64,000 nt of DNA from positions 7,184-71,183 of the forward strand of contig JANQMA010000001.1 of NCBI GenBank assembly GCA_028280285.1, given 5' to 3'. This document shows positions 27,904-37,881 of the stretch, in pieces (the stretch's first letter is position 1; the number at the start of each line of letters is the position of its first letter). The notes beneath the pieces are model-generated. The model made no database searches. It was not told the origin of the DNA and worked only from the letters and a program-made list of their open reading frames with translations. A program made the position numbers and the translations under genes. This DNA is from Candidatus Omnitrophota bacterium. Its GTDB lineage: Bacteria; Omnitrophota; Gorgyraeia; Zapsychrales; Zapsychraceae.

Positions 27904-30348
27904 CTAAAGGGTTCGTAGGCTGAAGAGTGCTTTGGTTGAAATGGTGTGGGGTTTTCCCGCCTGAAGCTGATAGGTCTTCCCCTTAATGGTGATCGGTATC
28001 TTCGTCGATGGTTGAAGCGAAACCTGGCTAAGCGGTTCAGCGATGACACGAAGTGAATCTTTAGAAACAGTAACATCAAACCAGATATTCCGGTACCGGA
28101 CGTGAAACCTGATCTCTTGCCAGTGTTGTGGAAGGTGCGGATCCAGACAAATCCTGTCTTCCATAATATGCAGTCCTGCAAAACTGCGTAGAAAAAGGTC
28201 AATTGTGCTTCCCATAACGCCAGCATGAATACCTTCTTGCGTTGTGCCGCCTTGCGTGTCATAAATATCACTTTTAAGTGCATCGACAAAATACTCCATG
28301 GACTGCTCGGTGTTTCCTATAAGTCCGGCGACATGCGCAAAGACAACGCGCGATAATGTCGACCCATGACTTGTACGTTTTAAATAGTAATCGAAATTTT
28401 TCTTAAAAATCGATTTTTTAAACGAATAGCCAAGTCTCTCCAACGCCTCTTTAAGCTCCTCGATATTTAGAACATAGAACAACATCAAAACATCGGCCTG
28501 CTTGGCAACCTTGTAACTATCAGGCGAAAGTCCTTCGGCCTTTAAGATCCTATCGATTCTGTGAATATCATCGTACTTACGTTTGTACTCATCCCAGTTA
28601 AGTTCTTCTAGTTCGCTGTATCCTTCAAACTGCTCAATAAAACCCTTCTCATCAATCGGTACAAACATATTATGGGAAATGTTACGCCAGCGGGCGATCT
28701 CTTCCTCATCAATCTCTGTCTTAATCAAAAGCGCTTCTTTGTCTTCATCGGATAAAATATCATCAATAATATGCAATGCCTTTTGTAAAACCCAAACAAC
28801 CATCACATTGGTATAAGCATTGTTATTAATACCGCCCTCGGCCACGCCCGGATATTTTTCATGAAATTCGTCGGGACCCATCACCCCTTCGATCACATAC
28901 TTTTTTTTCTTTTTATCGCGTTTAGCAATGCTGGACCAAAAATGCGCAATCTCCAAAATCATCTCAGCCCCATACCGGTCAAGAAAATCCCTGTCTCCCG
29001 TCGTGTAATAATAAGTCCAGACATTATAGGCAACCGCAAGGGAAACATGCCTTTGCAAACTGCTATAATCAGGACCCCATGTTCCCGACATAGGATTAAG
29101 ATGAACAATTTGCGTAACTTCTTCTCCGGTCGATGCTGTCTGCCATGGATACATCGCTCCTTTGTAATTGTGCTGTTTGGCGTTTTCCTTGGCCGCCGGC
29201 AAGCGCCGGTAGCGATACATTAAAAGCGCACGGGTGATTTCCGGTGCACGTAAGTTATAAAACGGAAAGATATAAAGCTCATCCCAAAAGATATGGCCGC
29301 GATAAGCCTCTCCGTGCAGCCCGCGCACCGGCATGCCCGCATCAATATCTTCATTGTAAGTTGACGCTGATTGGAGTAGATGAAAAGCATGCAGGCGAAG
29401 CGTAAGTTGTACAAAATCATCCCCTTTAACCTCAACATCAAATTTTTTCCAAAGGGCCTTCCATTTGGCTTGATGCGGTTTATAGAGATGATCAAAACTT
29501 TCGATGGCGCTGACTGTTTCCTGGGCTTTATCACAATTGTTGGCAACCCCCTGATCACGCGATGTATAAATGCTTACTAACTTCTCGACGGAATAGCGCT
29601 CCCCTTGTGTGGCATTAATGGTAAAATCCTGCCATATTCTCTGCCGTCCATGCGTTAAGATAGACACTTTAGGAAAGATACGTTCGCCATTTTGATAAAT
29701 AAGTGTGCGGATCGCCTCGGTGATTTCGATTTGGGATTGATTAGTCTTCATTTGCAGGAAAACACCGTCTTCACCAAATTCGCCATGCGATAAAGGCTCA
29801 AGATGCGTTGAGATAAGTTGTTTATAACGCTCAACGCCGGCGTTTATGATAAGACCATCGATGCCACTGCGAAAGGTTATCGGTTCGCTATAATTTTCAG
29901 GAGTTATAGTGCAACGCAAAGCACCGGCATGCGGATTGGCCATGCTGACAATACGATGATTTTCAATCAGTGTAATACGTCCTTTATTGTCCTGCCATCT
30001 AATCCGACGGGAAAGCATGCCTCTCTGCAAGTTAAGCTCAACCTTCCATGTCAAAATCTTACCGGCATTGCGTGTAAACCAAGAATCGTCGCCTATGCGA
30101 AAATTAAGCGCAAGCCAGTTAGGACAATTAACGAAGTCTTCATTATAAATTGTGCGTGAAGCAACTTCGGTTGGAAGAGTATTGTAGACACCGGCGATAT
30201 ACGTGCCGGGATAATGAACCTTTGTGGCAAAATTTTCCGGAGAAGCACCGCGCGTACCGAAATACCCATTCCCGAGTGTACATAAAGCTTCCCTTAGGTT
30301 TTCTTCTTCCGGATCAAATTTATTATATGTTAACTTCCAGGTATTCAT
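27904..30348 (-). CDS. Glycoside hydrolase family 65 phosphorylase (trehalose or trehalose-6-phosphate phosphorylase-like)
   Basis: LREALCTLGNGYFGTRG, RGLHGEAYRGHIFWDE, GPDEFH, KQADVLML, HGSTLS. Confidence 0.92.
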   Translation of the reverse strand: MNTWKLTYNKFDPEEENLREALCTLGNGYFGTRGASPENFATKVHYPGTYIAGVYNTLPTEVASRTIYNEDFVNCPNWLALNFRIGDDSWFTRNAGKILTWKVELNLQRGMLSRRIRWQDNKGRITLIENHRIVSMANPHAGALRCTITPENYSEPITFRSGIDGLIINAGVERYKQLISTHLEPLSHGEFGEDGVFLQMKTNQSQIEITEAIRTLIYQNGERIFPKVSILTHGRQRIWQDFTINATQGERYSVEKLVSIYTSRDQGVANNCDKAQETVSAIESFDHLYKPHQAKWKALWKKFDVEVKGDDFVQLTLRLHAFHLLQSASTYNEDIDAGMPVRGLHGEAYRGHIFWDELYIFPFYNLRAPEITRALLMYRYRRLPAAKENAKQHNYKGAMYPWQTASTGEEVTQIVHLNPMSGTWGPDYSSLQRHVSLAVAYNVWTYYYTTGDRDFLDRYGAEMILEIAHFWSSIAKRDKKKKKYVIEGVMGPDEFHEKYPGVAEGGINNNAYTNVMVVWVLQKALHIIDDILSDEDKEALLIKTEIDEEEIARWRNISHNMFVPIDEKGFIEQFEGYSELEELNWDEYKRKYDDIHRIDRILKAEGLSPDSYKVAKQADVLMLFYVLNIEELKEALERLGYSFKKSIFKKNFDYYLKRTSHGSTLSRVVFAHVAGLIGNTEQSMEYFVDALKSDIYDTQGGTTQEGIHAGVMGSTIDLFLRSFAGLHIMEDRICLDPHLPQHWQEIRFHVRYRNIWFDVTVSKDSLRVIAEPLSQVSLQPSTKIPITIKGKTYQLQAGKPHTISTKALFSLRTL

Positions 30349-30369
30349 TCGGATTTATTCTTTAATTAA

Positions 30370-30428
30370 AGGTGCTAGGTGTGAGGTTTTGGGTTTTAGT
30401 TGACTAACCCCTAACACCTAAAACCTAA
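30370..30428. repeat. Second copy of the GGTTTTA/TAAAACC inverted 7-mer array
   Basis: GGTGCTA-GGTGTGA-GGTTTTG-GGTTTTA-GTTGAC-TAACCCC-TAACACC-TAAAACC-TAA; overlaps the otsB stop codon. Confidence 0.9.
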
Positions 30429-31225
30429 GACCTTTTATCTATTAAAAACCTCAACACTTCTTTCACTTCGTCTGTATTTTTTACCAAAAAATCTGCATGC
30501 GATTCTCTTAAATTCTCAGCAACTAAAATGCCAAACCCTTTATCCTTTAAAATACGAAAGGCATCCTCGTCGGTAGTATCATCGCCAATATAGATCGCAA
30601 TTTGATTGGAAGGTTCAAATTGAAGAACATCTAAAATCCACTCAACAGCTTTGCCTTTATCCCAATCAATTTTAGGGCGGACTTCAAAAACCCTTTTGCC
30701 GTAGGTTATTCGTAGTTGAGGATATTTTTGAACCACACCTTCCACTCTTTGTTTAAATTCATCAACATCATTGTCTGCAATCAATCGGTAATGTGCCGAA
30801 ACAGTATACTTCACATCTTCAATCAGTGCGCCGTTAATATCACGCGTAAGATCTGAAAGTTCTTTAAAAACTTGCTCAATATTTGCCCTAGCTTGCTTGG
30901 CCTTTTCATTGATTGTGACATTTCCTTGAGAATCAATGATTTCAAATCCATGGCTTCCGGCATAAAATAAGTGATCGAGGCCAACCTTTTGTGATACATC
31001 GTCGGTTGCGCGTCCGCTGACAATCGCAACAGACTTATTTGCAGATAATTTATTAACTAGTTGCTTCGTATCCTCTGCAATAACTGCCAGATCAGGTGTG
31101 TCAACAATCGGCGTTAATGTCCCGTCATAGTCGAGAAAAGTAACAATCTCTTTGTTACCCATTAGAGCATTAACCTCATCGAGATTCTCAAAAAAATTTT
31201 TTATTTTTGCTTCTGACAAAACCAT
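30425..31225 (-). CDS. otsB: Trehalose-6-phosphate phosphatase
   Basis: FLDYDGTLTPIV, IVSGR, YAGSHGFEI, WDKGKA, YIGDDTTDEDAF. Confidence 0.92.
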   Translation of the reverse strand: MVLSEAKIKNFFENLDEVNALMGNKEIVTFLDYDGTLTPIVDTPDLAVIAEDTKQLVNKLSANKSVAIVSGRATDDVSQKVGLDHLFYAGSHGFEIIDSQGNVTINEKAKQARANIEQVFKELSDLTRDINGALIEDVKYTVSAHYRLIADNDVDEFKQRVEGVVQKYPQLRITYGKRVFEVRPKIDWDKGKAVEWILDVLQFEPSNQIAIYIGDDTTDEDAFRILKDKGFGILVAENLRESHADFLVKNTDEVKEVLRFLIDKRS

Positions 31226-31974
31226 GCCTCTATCTTTTGTAAATTTGTTTCACTAAAGTCTTCAATAACAACATCGGCCCCGTTTTGCTTGAGCTCTTCG
31301 GCATTGTTTTCACGTGCAAGTCCGATCACAAGACCAAAGTTCCCATTTCGCCCGGCAGCAACACCAGAAGCCGCATCTTCTACCACAATCGACTCGCTTG
31401 GTTTGCAACCCATATTTTCCGCCGCCTTGATAAAAATATCCGGCGCCGGTTTGCCGTTTAAACCTAGCTCGGCCGAAACAACCCCATCGACACGCGTTTC
31501 GAAATTTTGATCCAAGCCGACTGCTTCAAGCACATATGCACAATTTTTGCTTGATGAGGCAACGCCAATATGGATATTATTTGCTTTTAGCTGTTCAATT
31601 AATTCAACAGTAGACGGATATATTTTAACGCCATCGCGCTCAAGGACTTCAACAAATTTTGTATTTTTCCTATTGCCAAGTCCGCATACGGTTTCAGCAT
31701 CCTCATTATCGGCCGGATCACCAAAAGGAATGTCAATACCCCGCGATTCAAGAAAGCTCTTTACCCCGTCATAGCGGGGCTTGCCGTCAACATAGGGCAG
31801 ATAATCATTTTCGTGGGTAAACTCTTTAAAGGGAATATTGTCGCGGGCCGCGACTTTTTGAAGATATTCATCAAACATGGCCTTCCAAGCCGCCGCATGG
31901 ACAAGCGCTGTCTGGGTAATGACTCCATCTAAATCAAATACAACCGCTTTAAATGTAAGGTTTTGCGCACTCAT
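31201..31974 (-). CDS. Beta-phosphoglucomutase-family HAD hydrolase
   Basis: FDLDGVITQTA, DGKPRYDGV, ASSSKN, GKPAPDIF, VEDAASGV. Confidence 0.88.
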   Translation of the reverse strand: MSAQNLTFKAVVFDLDGVITQTALVHAAAWKAMFDEYLQKVAARDNIPFKEFTHENDYLPYVDGKPRYDGVKSFLESRGIDIPFGDPADNEDAETVCGLGNRKNTKFVEVLERDGVKIYPSTVELIEQLKANNIHIGVASSSKNCAYVLEAVGLDQNFETRVDGVVSAELGLNGKPAPDIFIKAAENMGCKPSESIVVEDAASGVAAGRNGNFGLVIGLARENNAEELKQNGADVVIEDFSETNLQKIEAWFCQKQK

Positions 31975-31985
31975 AATGAGTACTC

Positions 31986-32014
31986 ATTGTACATGCATTG
32001 GTAGGATAAGTCAA
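31986..32014 (-). promoter_or_regulatory. Sigma70 promoter of the trehalose operon
   Basis: TTGACT-17-TACAAT, ending 11 nt before the ATG. Confidence 0.6.
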
Positions 32015-32066
32015 AAAACGACCGCCCCGCGCACCGGGTGCAGGAGCACCCGGTGCAAAAAACGGT
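32013..32066 (-). terminator. GC-rich hairpin/terminator after the PG-binding protein gene
   Basis: GCACCGGGTGC-N4-GCACCCGGTGC core with extended G-U pairing and a T-run. Confidence 0.55.
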
Positions 32067-32599
32067 TACCTTATATATAATGAAAGTGCGGTAAGGGTTT
32101 TGTAGCCGATTTTGCCGTCACTTTTAAGGTTGTGGTCCTTTTGGAAGGCAAGGAGCGCCTTTTTACTCCTTGGGCCAAACTTGCCGTCTATTTTCCCAAC
32201 AGCATAACCGGCGTAAGACAGTGCTTCCTGGATTTTTTCAATATTAAGCTCGCCCTCGCCAATAAATCCATTGTCTTTAAATCGCTTTAGCGCATCCCAT
32301 GTCTGATTATCAACAAACCGTGAGGGCTCGATACCATTATCCCGTTGAAACTTCTCTATCGAATTTCTTGTCCGTGTGCCCAAAACCCCGTCCGTTTTGC
32401 CCACATTATATCCGTAAATATTCAACAGCTTTTGTATTTCCTCGACCGTTGGATTGGGTTCAAACGGCATGGCCTCGCCTACCAATGTCTTCTCTTCGGC
32501 CCCTTGCTTATCTATCATACGATAAACAAAATCACACCCGGATAAAAAGGAGACAAGCGTGACTAATAAAATAGACAATATGTTTATTTTAGAAAACAC
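32066..32599 (-). CDS. Lipoprotein with two peptidoglycan-binding (PG_binding_1) domains
   Basis: Lipobox LSGC; two repeats (IQKLLNIYGYNVGKTDGVLGTRTRNSIEKFQ; IQEALSYAGYAVGKIDGKFGPRSKKALLAFQ). Confidence 0.85.
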   Translation of the reverse strand: MFSKINILSILLVTLVSFLSGCDFVYRMIDKQGAEEKTLVGEAMPFEPNPTVEEIQKLLNIYGYNVGKTDGVLGTRTRNSIEKFQRDNGIEPSRFVDNQTWDALKRFKDNGFIGEGELNIEKIQEALSYAGYAVGKIDGKFGPRSKKALLAFQKDHNLKSDGKIGYKTLTALSLYIR

Positions 32600-32612
32600 C
32601 GAACGGATAAGT

Positions 32613-32795
32613 CTACCACATATTTTCTCTGATCCATTGATCAGCTTTATATATCCAGTTTTCTTTATATTCTTTGGAAGGCTCTTTGGAAGAAAATATA
32701 TAGGTTGCGTCCTTTTTTAAGCCCTTGGCTGTTTCACAGGCTTGCAGAGGCAGTGTAAGAATTAATACAAATAAAATAGCCGCCGGGCGTTTCAT
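32613..32795 (-). CDS. Small lipoprotein with an entericidin-like N-terminus
   Basis: SD AAGGAG; lipobox LQAC followed by ETAKGLKKD. Confidence 0.65.
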   Translation of the reverse strand: MKRPAAILFVLILTLPLQACETAKGLKKDATYIFSSKEPSKEYKENWIYKADQWIRENMW

Positions 32796-32810
32796 TGAAA
32801 CTCCTTTTAT

Positions 32811-34142
32811 TTATGGCAGTGATTTTTTAAGACGTTCAACCACTCTTTTTTGCCCTAAGATGGCTGCAATGTGAAACAAGCTTGGGCCAACGGCCTTACC
32901 TGTCAAAGCAACCCTTAAGGGATGAATCAAGTCTGATGATTTTAATTGTAGCGCAGTTACTTTTTCTTTAAAAGTTTTTTCCACATTTTCTGCCGAAAAC
33001 GTCTCAACCCCTTCAAAGGAATCTGTAAGTTGAGAAAAGACATCTTTTAATTTGGTGACAAGATGTTTTTGGGCAGCATCCTGATCGACTTCATAATTAT
33101 CTGTAAAGAAAAAGTCGGTCCATTCCAAAAAGTCATTTAGGGTTGAAATTCTTCCTTTATAAAGATCAACAATTTTACCCAACCAATCATTATCGGTATC
33201 ATCATCAATAAATCCTTTACTCTTCAATCTTTCCTCAAGCAACTCTATTACCTGATCAACGCTTTTCTGTTTGAGGTATTCAGAATTAACCCAATTTAGT
33301 TTATCCATAGAAAAAATCGCGGCAGAATTATTCACCTTTTTTATAGAAAACTTTTTAATCGCATTTTCGATTGTTATAATTTCCTGATTATTGCCCGGCG
33401 ACCAGCCCAGAAGCATTAAATAATTATCCAATGCATCGGGTAAATATCCTTTAAGTTTATAATCACTGACCGCAACCGCCCCGAATCTTTTGGATAGACG
33501 CGATCCATCCTCCCCCATAATAAGTGGAAGATGCGCGTATTTAGGCGGTTTAAGTCCGAGTGCTTGATAAATCAGAATTTGTTTAGGGGTGTTGGAAATG
33601 TGATCCTCTCCGCGGATAACATGCGTTATTTCCATAAGCGCATCATCAATCGCACAACAAAAACTGTAAGCCGGCGAACCATCACTTTTGATAAGCACTT
33701 CATCTTTGAGTTGCGTATTGCCTTCTTTATCTAATACCGGTTTATTATTTTCATCACGTAAAATAAAATTGGATGTGTCGAAGGTGATTTCTCCCCGGAT
33801 AATATCATATATTTTTATTTCTTCAGAGTTAACTTTAAGCAAGACAGCCTCACCATCTTTATAGGCCTTACCTTCATTTATTAACTTCTCTGCATATTCT
33901 TTATACAAATCAAATCGATCAGTCTGATAATAGAGTTCGTCCCAATCCATGCCGAGCCATTTCATGCTGCTGAGGATTTCTTCCTCATACTCTTTTTTGG
34001 AACGCACGCGGTCGGTATCTTCTATCCGCAGGACAAACACACCTTTTTGCGCGCGTGCATACAAATAATTGAACAAGGCGGTTCGCGCACCCCCTATATG
34101 AAGAAATCCTGTTGGGCTTGGCGCAAATCTTGCTTTAACCAT
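32811..34142 (-). CDS. gltX: Glutamyl-tRNA synthetase
   Basis: RFAPSPTGFLHIGG, RIEDTD, HVIRGEDH, LSKR. Confidence 0.95.
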   Translation of the reverse strand: MVKARFAPSPTGFLHIGGARTALFNYLYARAQKGVFVLRIEDTDRVRSKKEYEEEILSSMKWLGMDWDELYYQTDRFDLYKEYAEKLINEGKAYKDGEAVLLKVNSEEIKIYDIIRGEITFDTSNFILRDENNKPVLDKEGNTQLKDEVLIKSDGSPAYSFCCAIDDALMEITHVIRGEDHISNTPKQILIYQALGLKPPKYAHLPLIMGEDGSRLSKRFGAVAVSDYKLKGYLPDALDNYLMLLGWSPGNNQEIITIENAIKKFSIKKVNNSAAIFSMDKLNWVNSEYLKQKSVDQVIELLEERLKSKGFIDDDTDNDWLGKIVDLYKGRISTLNDFLEWTDFFFTDNYEVDQDAAQKHLVTKLKDVFSQLTDSFEGVETFSAENVEKTFKEKVTALQLKSSDLIHPLRVALTGKAVGPSLFHIAAILGQKRVVERLKKSLP

Positions 34143-34160
34143 GAAAATTTAAAAGGGGGG

Positions 34161-34550
34161 TTATGTATAAGGAACTTCTTTATTATTTTTGACTAGGCGT
34201 TTAACAATAACACTTAGGCGCTCCCGGTCTTCATCGCCCAGTGCGTTAAACTCAATGCCAACGTCGTAATAGAGCGGCTTTTTCTTTTCATCCATTTTAC
34301 GCTGGACGTTCCAGACAACTTTACCAGTACACTTAATATGAGATCCGAGATCAAGTAAATCAAGTTCAAGCTCAACGGTGGAAAACATTTTTATGTTTTT
34401 TTTCAAAATAACACATACGCCACCTACACCGACATTTTCAGTGTGTGTTAAAAGAACGTCGGGATCCTTGCTGTCCTTTTTTAGAACAACCAAACAAGGA
34501 TAATTGACGCGCGGAAACTTTCTGCGATTTAATCCATCCCATCTGGACAT
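34161..34550 (-). CDS. PilZ-domain protein
   Basis: RRKFPR (RxxxR) and NVGVGG ([D/N]xSxxG-like) motifs; GIEF. Confidence 0.85.
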   Translation of the reverse strand: MSRWDGLNRRKFPRVNYPCLVVLKKDSKDPDVLLTHTENVGVGGVCVILKKNIKMFSTVELELDLLDLGSHIKCTGKVVWNVQRKMDEKKKPLYYDVGIEFNALGDEDRERLSVIVKRLVKNNKEVPYT

Positions 34551-34615
34551 ATTAACCCTTTCACTTGTAAAGCTGACATATTTCCTTCAAATTATAATAT
34601 AGCCCTATAACGACC

Positions 34616-35416
34616 TCAAGAAGTTTCAGAAGAAATAAATTTTTCCTGAATTCGTTTAATCGCTTTTGCGTGTCCGGTCTTTGGATCGAGTTTTACCACA
34701 ACCCCCGATAAGGTTCCGTCCCCTTGCGCCACCTTAAACCTTTTCGGCATGCTGGTTAAAAAACGGTCAATTATATTAACCTTATTTTGTCCTATAACAG
34801 AATCATACGGGCCTGTCATGCCGAGATCGGTTATATACGCTGTACCTTCAGATAATATTTTCTCATCAGCCGTTTGAATATGGGTGTGCGTGCCGTATAA
34901 AGCGGTGACCTTACCATCGGCAAAATGTCCGATCGCAACCTTTTCACTGGTCGTCTCTGCATGCATATCAACAAATATAATAGGCGTTTCTTTTGTAATT
35001 TCCTTGACCGCTTTTTCGAGAACCCTAAACGGGCATTCAACCTGATAGCGCATAAAAACGCGGCCTAACAGGTTAACGACACCTACTTTTACGCCCTTAT
35101 CGGTTTCTTTGATGCAGTAACCAACTCCTGGTGTGCCTTCGGGAAAGTTTAAAGGCCTGATAACATCCGTGGATTCATCAAGGTAGGTTTCGAGTTCTTT
35201 TTGATCCCAAACATGATCACCTAAGGTCAAAACGTCACAACCAAGCTTAAAAAGTTGCTTGGCAATGCGTGGGGTAAGCCCGGATCCGCCGGCGGAATTC
35301 TCGGCATTAACGATCGTGAAATCAATGTTTTCCCGTCTTTTGATATCATCTAAAAGCCCGCCTAATGCATCGCGCCCCGGCTTTCCCACAATATCTCCAA
35401 TACACAGTACGTTCAT
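34616..35416 (-). CDS. ymdB: YmdB-family metallophosphoesterase
   Basis: IGDIVGKPGR, NAENSAGG, DMHAETTSEK, GTHTH, TDLGMTGP; directly follows rny. Confidence 0.92.
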   Translation of the reverse strand: MNVLCIGDIVGKPGRDALGGLLDDIKRRENIDFTIVNAENSAGGSGLTPRIAKQLFKLGCDVLTLGDHVWDQKELETYLDESTDVIRPLNFPEGTPGVGYCIKETDKGVKVGVVNLLGRVFMRYQVECPFRVLEKAVKEITKETPIIFVDMHAETTSEKVAIGHFADGKVTALYGTHTHIQTADEKILSEGTAYITDLGMTGPYDSVIGQNKVNIIDRFLTSMPKRFKVAQGDGTLSGVVVKLDPKTGHAKAIKRIQEKFISSETS

Positions 35417-35424
35417 CGCAAACC

Positions 35425-37002
35425 CTACTTGGCGTATTCAACCGCTCTTTTTTCACGAAGCACAACCACCTTAATCTGACCGGGGTACTCCATTTCTTCT
35501 TCGACTTTTTTACGGATGTCTCTTGCCAAAACAAGTGACTCATCATCATTGATTTTTTCAGGATCAACCAATATGCGGATTTCACGACCGGCTTGAAGAG
35601 CGAATGTTTTGCTCACGCCCTTAAAAGAATTGGCAATGCGCTCCAAGTTCTCAAGACGTTTAACATACGTTTCAAGTGTCTCAGCACGCGCGCCCGGACG
35701 GGCAGCACTAATGGCATCCGCTGCTTGCACCAAAACACCATAAATGGTGTGGCACTCAACCTCATCATGATGAGATTCAACGGCATTGGCCACTTCTTCT
35801 TTTTCGCCATACTTTCTGGAAAGATTCCCTCCGACGATCGCATGCGTCCCTTCTTCTACATCCTGACTAACAACTTTTCCTATGTCATGCAGAAGACCTG
35901 CCCGCATCGCAAGTTTGGCATCAAGCCCTAATTGAGATGCCATGGCACCACAAAGCATAGCCACTTCTTTGGTATGCTGCAGACCATTTTGTCCATAACT
36001 TGTTCTAAACTTAAGTTTCCCGACAAGCTTAAGTAGTTCAACATGCATGCCATGAATACTTAGGTCAAAAGCAACTTTCTCGCCTTCTTCTTTAATGACA
36101 TTTTCCATTTCCTTCTTTGCCTTTTCCACAACCTCTTCAATGCGCCCAGGGTGAATGCGGCCATCTGCAATTAAGCTTTCGAGTGCAATACGTGCAATTT
36201 CTCGCCTATAAATATCAAACCCGGAAACGGTCACCGCCTCCGGTGTATCGTCAATAATAATATCAACCCCGGCCGCCGCTTCAAGGGCACGGATATTTCG
36301 CCCCTCACGCCCGATAATACGCCCTTTCATCTCATCATTAGGAAGCATGACAACGGTCACAGTTGTCGCCGCTGTATGCTCTGAGGCGCATCTTTGAATA
36401 GCATTTGAAATAACATTTTGTGCCGACTTGCTCACATTCTCATTGATTTCCTGTTCCATATTGCGTATACGCACTGCTTTTTCGGAAACCAGCTCATCAT
36501 CGATTCTTTTAAGAAGGAGTTTTTTCGCATCGTGCTCAGACATGCGCGAAATGGTAAGGAGTTTTTCCTTCTCTTCTTTAAGGACTTTATCTAGATCTTC
36601 ATTTTTACCTTGAATATCTGATTCTTTTTGTTGTACATCTTTGAGGCGTTCTTCAACGTCTTTTTCCTTTTTTTCCAGAATATCGACGCGTTTTTCCATA
36701 TTTTCTTCTTTTTGAACAACTCTTTTTTCTATCGCTAAGAGTTCATCCCGTCGATCTTTTGTCTCGGTCTCAAACTCCTGGCGAAGCTTGAGCATCATAT
36801 CTTTACCTTGCAGCTCGACTTCTTTCTTTAGATTGGTGGTTTCTTTTTCCGCTGAGGCCAATAGCGTCTTTGCTCTCTGTTCTGCATCATGCAATTTTTT
36901 CCCGGCAAAAAACCAGCGTAGGAGGTAGCCGGAAAAAAACATAACCATCGCAGATACAGAATACACCAAACTTTGCGTATATATATCAAGTTCTTCGAAC
37001 AT
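35425..37002 (-). CDS. rny: Ribonuclease Y
   Basis: N-terminal TM and coiled coil, KH (MKGRIIGREGRNIR), HD (LLHDIGK), ARPGAR. Confidence 0.96.
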   Translation of the reverse strand: MFEELDIYTQSLVYSVSAMVMFFSGYLLRWFFAGKKLHDAEQRAKTLLASAEKETTNLKKEVELQGKDMMLKLRQEFETETKDRRDELLAIEKRVVQKEENMEKRVDILEKKEKDVEERLKDVQQKESDIQGKNEDLDKVLKEEKEKLLTISRMSEHDAKKLLLKRIDDELVSEKAVRIRNMEQEINENVSKSAQNVISNAIQRCASEHTAATTVTVVMLPNDEMKGRIIGREGRNIRALEAAAGVDIIIDDTPEAVTVSGFDIYRREIARIALESLIADGRIHPGRIEEVVEKAKKEMENVIKEEGEKVAFDLSIHGMHVELLKLVGKLKFRTSYGQNGLQHTKEVAMLCGAMASQLGLDAKLAMRAGLLHDIGKVVSQDVEEGTHAIVGGNLSRKYGEKEEVANAVESHHDEVECHTIYGVLVQAADAISAARPGARAETLETYVKRLENLERIANSFKGVSKTFALQAGREIRILVDPEKINDDESLVLARDIRKKVEEEMEYPGQIKVVVLREKRAVEYAK

Positions 37003-37044
37003 GATTATCTCCTTTTGTATGATTACCCTTTAAGAAAAGAAGAA

Positions 37045-37611
37045 TTAATTGGTTATAACTGTGGAAAGACGCGCATCATGGGGCTCAATAAACGTAAGTT
37101 CATCAAACATTTGAAAATCATAGGCAAGACCAATGGTAGACACTTCATCCCCTATGCTATTGAGCAAACGGTCATAGAAACCGCCGCCACGGCCAAGTCT
37201 GTTGTTTTGTTTATCAAAGGCAAGACCAGGGACAATAATAACAGTTTCATTGTTATCAATTTCCATTTCAAGTGACTGGTCTGTGGATGGCTCTTTGATT
37301 CCAAATGAACCTTCTTGGCAATCATCTATACTACAACCTAAGCGCATAGGAATTATACAATTGTTTGTTTTATCTACCTTTGGCAGTCCAATTTTTTTGC
37401 CTAACATTTCCGCTTCTTTAATCATAGGAAATGTGTCGACCTCCCCATCAAATGATGCATAAAAAAGCACTTGCCGGGCTTTTTGAAATGCAGGCATTTC
37501 ATATAACTTTGCGGCAATGTTGGTGCTTTTACTGATTCTTTCCGATTCTTCCTGATTTCGTATAAGGGTTAAAACCCTGTTGCGAAGGGTTTGTTTATTG
37601 TTAATTTCCAC
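37045..37611 (-). CDS. 5-formyltetrahydrofolate cyclo-ligase
   Basis: GEVDT, FGIKEP, IVPGLAFD, RLGRGGGFYDR; 6S-ygfA-rny synteny. Confidence 0.92.
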   Translation of the reverse strand: MEINNKQTLRNRVLTLIRNQEESERISKSTNIAAKLYEMPAFQKARQVLFYASFDGEVDTFPMIKEAEMLGKKIGLPKVDKTNNCIIPMRLGCSIDDCQEGSFGIKEPSTDQSLEMEIDNNETVIIVPGLAFDKQNNRLGRGGGFYDRLLNSIGDEVSTIGLAYDFQMFDELTFIEPHDARLSTVITN

Positions 37612-37696
37612 TTAAGTACCTAATCAACGCATCGGCTTTCCGGCCGACTGCCTATTCTAGCATTGATGATAATTTTTGACAACTTCCTTATATTTC

Positions 37697-37880
37697 ATTC
37701 CCGCTTATGCGGTCGAGTAAACAAATAGGTGAACCTGACACCCAAGTGGGAAGCGTCCCCTAAAGGCCCTCAGGCCAAAGGTGGGCCGCCTTGCAGATCC
37801 GGATAAGCCGGATGGCATTTCTCCCTATAATAATGCATTGGTTCTCTAGATATAATTACTCTAACCAGCACAGCAGGAAT
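37697..37880 (-). ncRNA. ssrS: 6S RNA
   Basis: 184 nt with complementary ends (AUUCCUGCUGUGC...GCAUAAGCGGGAAU), GAACC/GGUUC stem flanking a central bubble, canonical position upstream of 5-FCL. Confidence 0.85.
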
Positions 37881-37881
37881 A

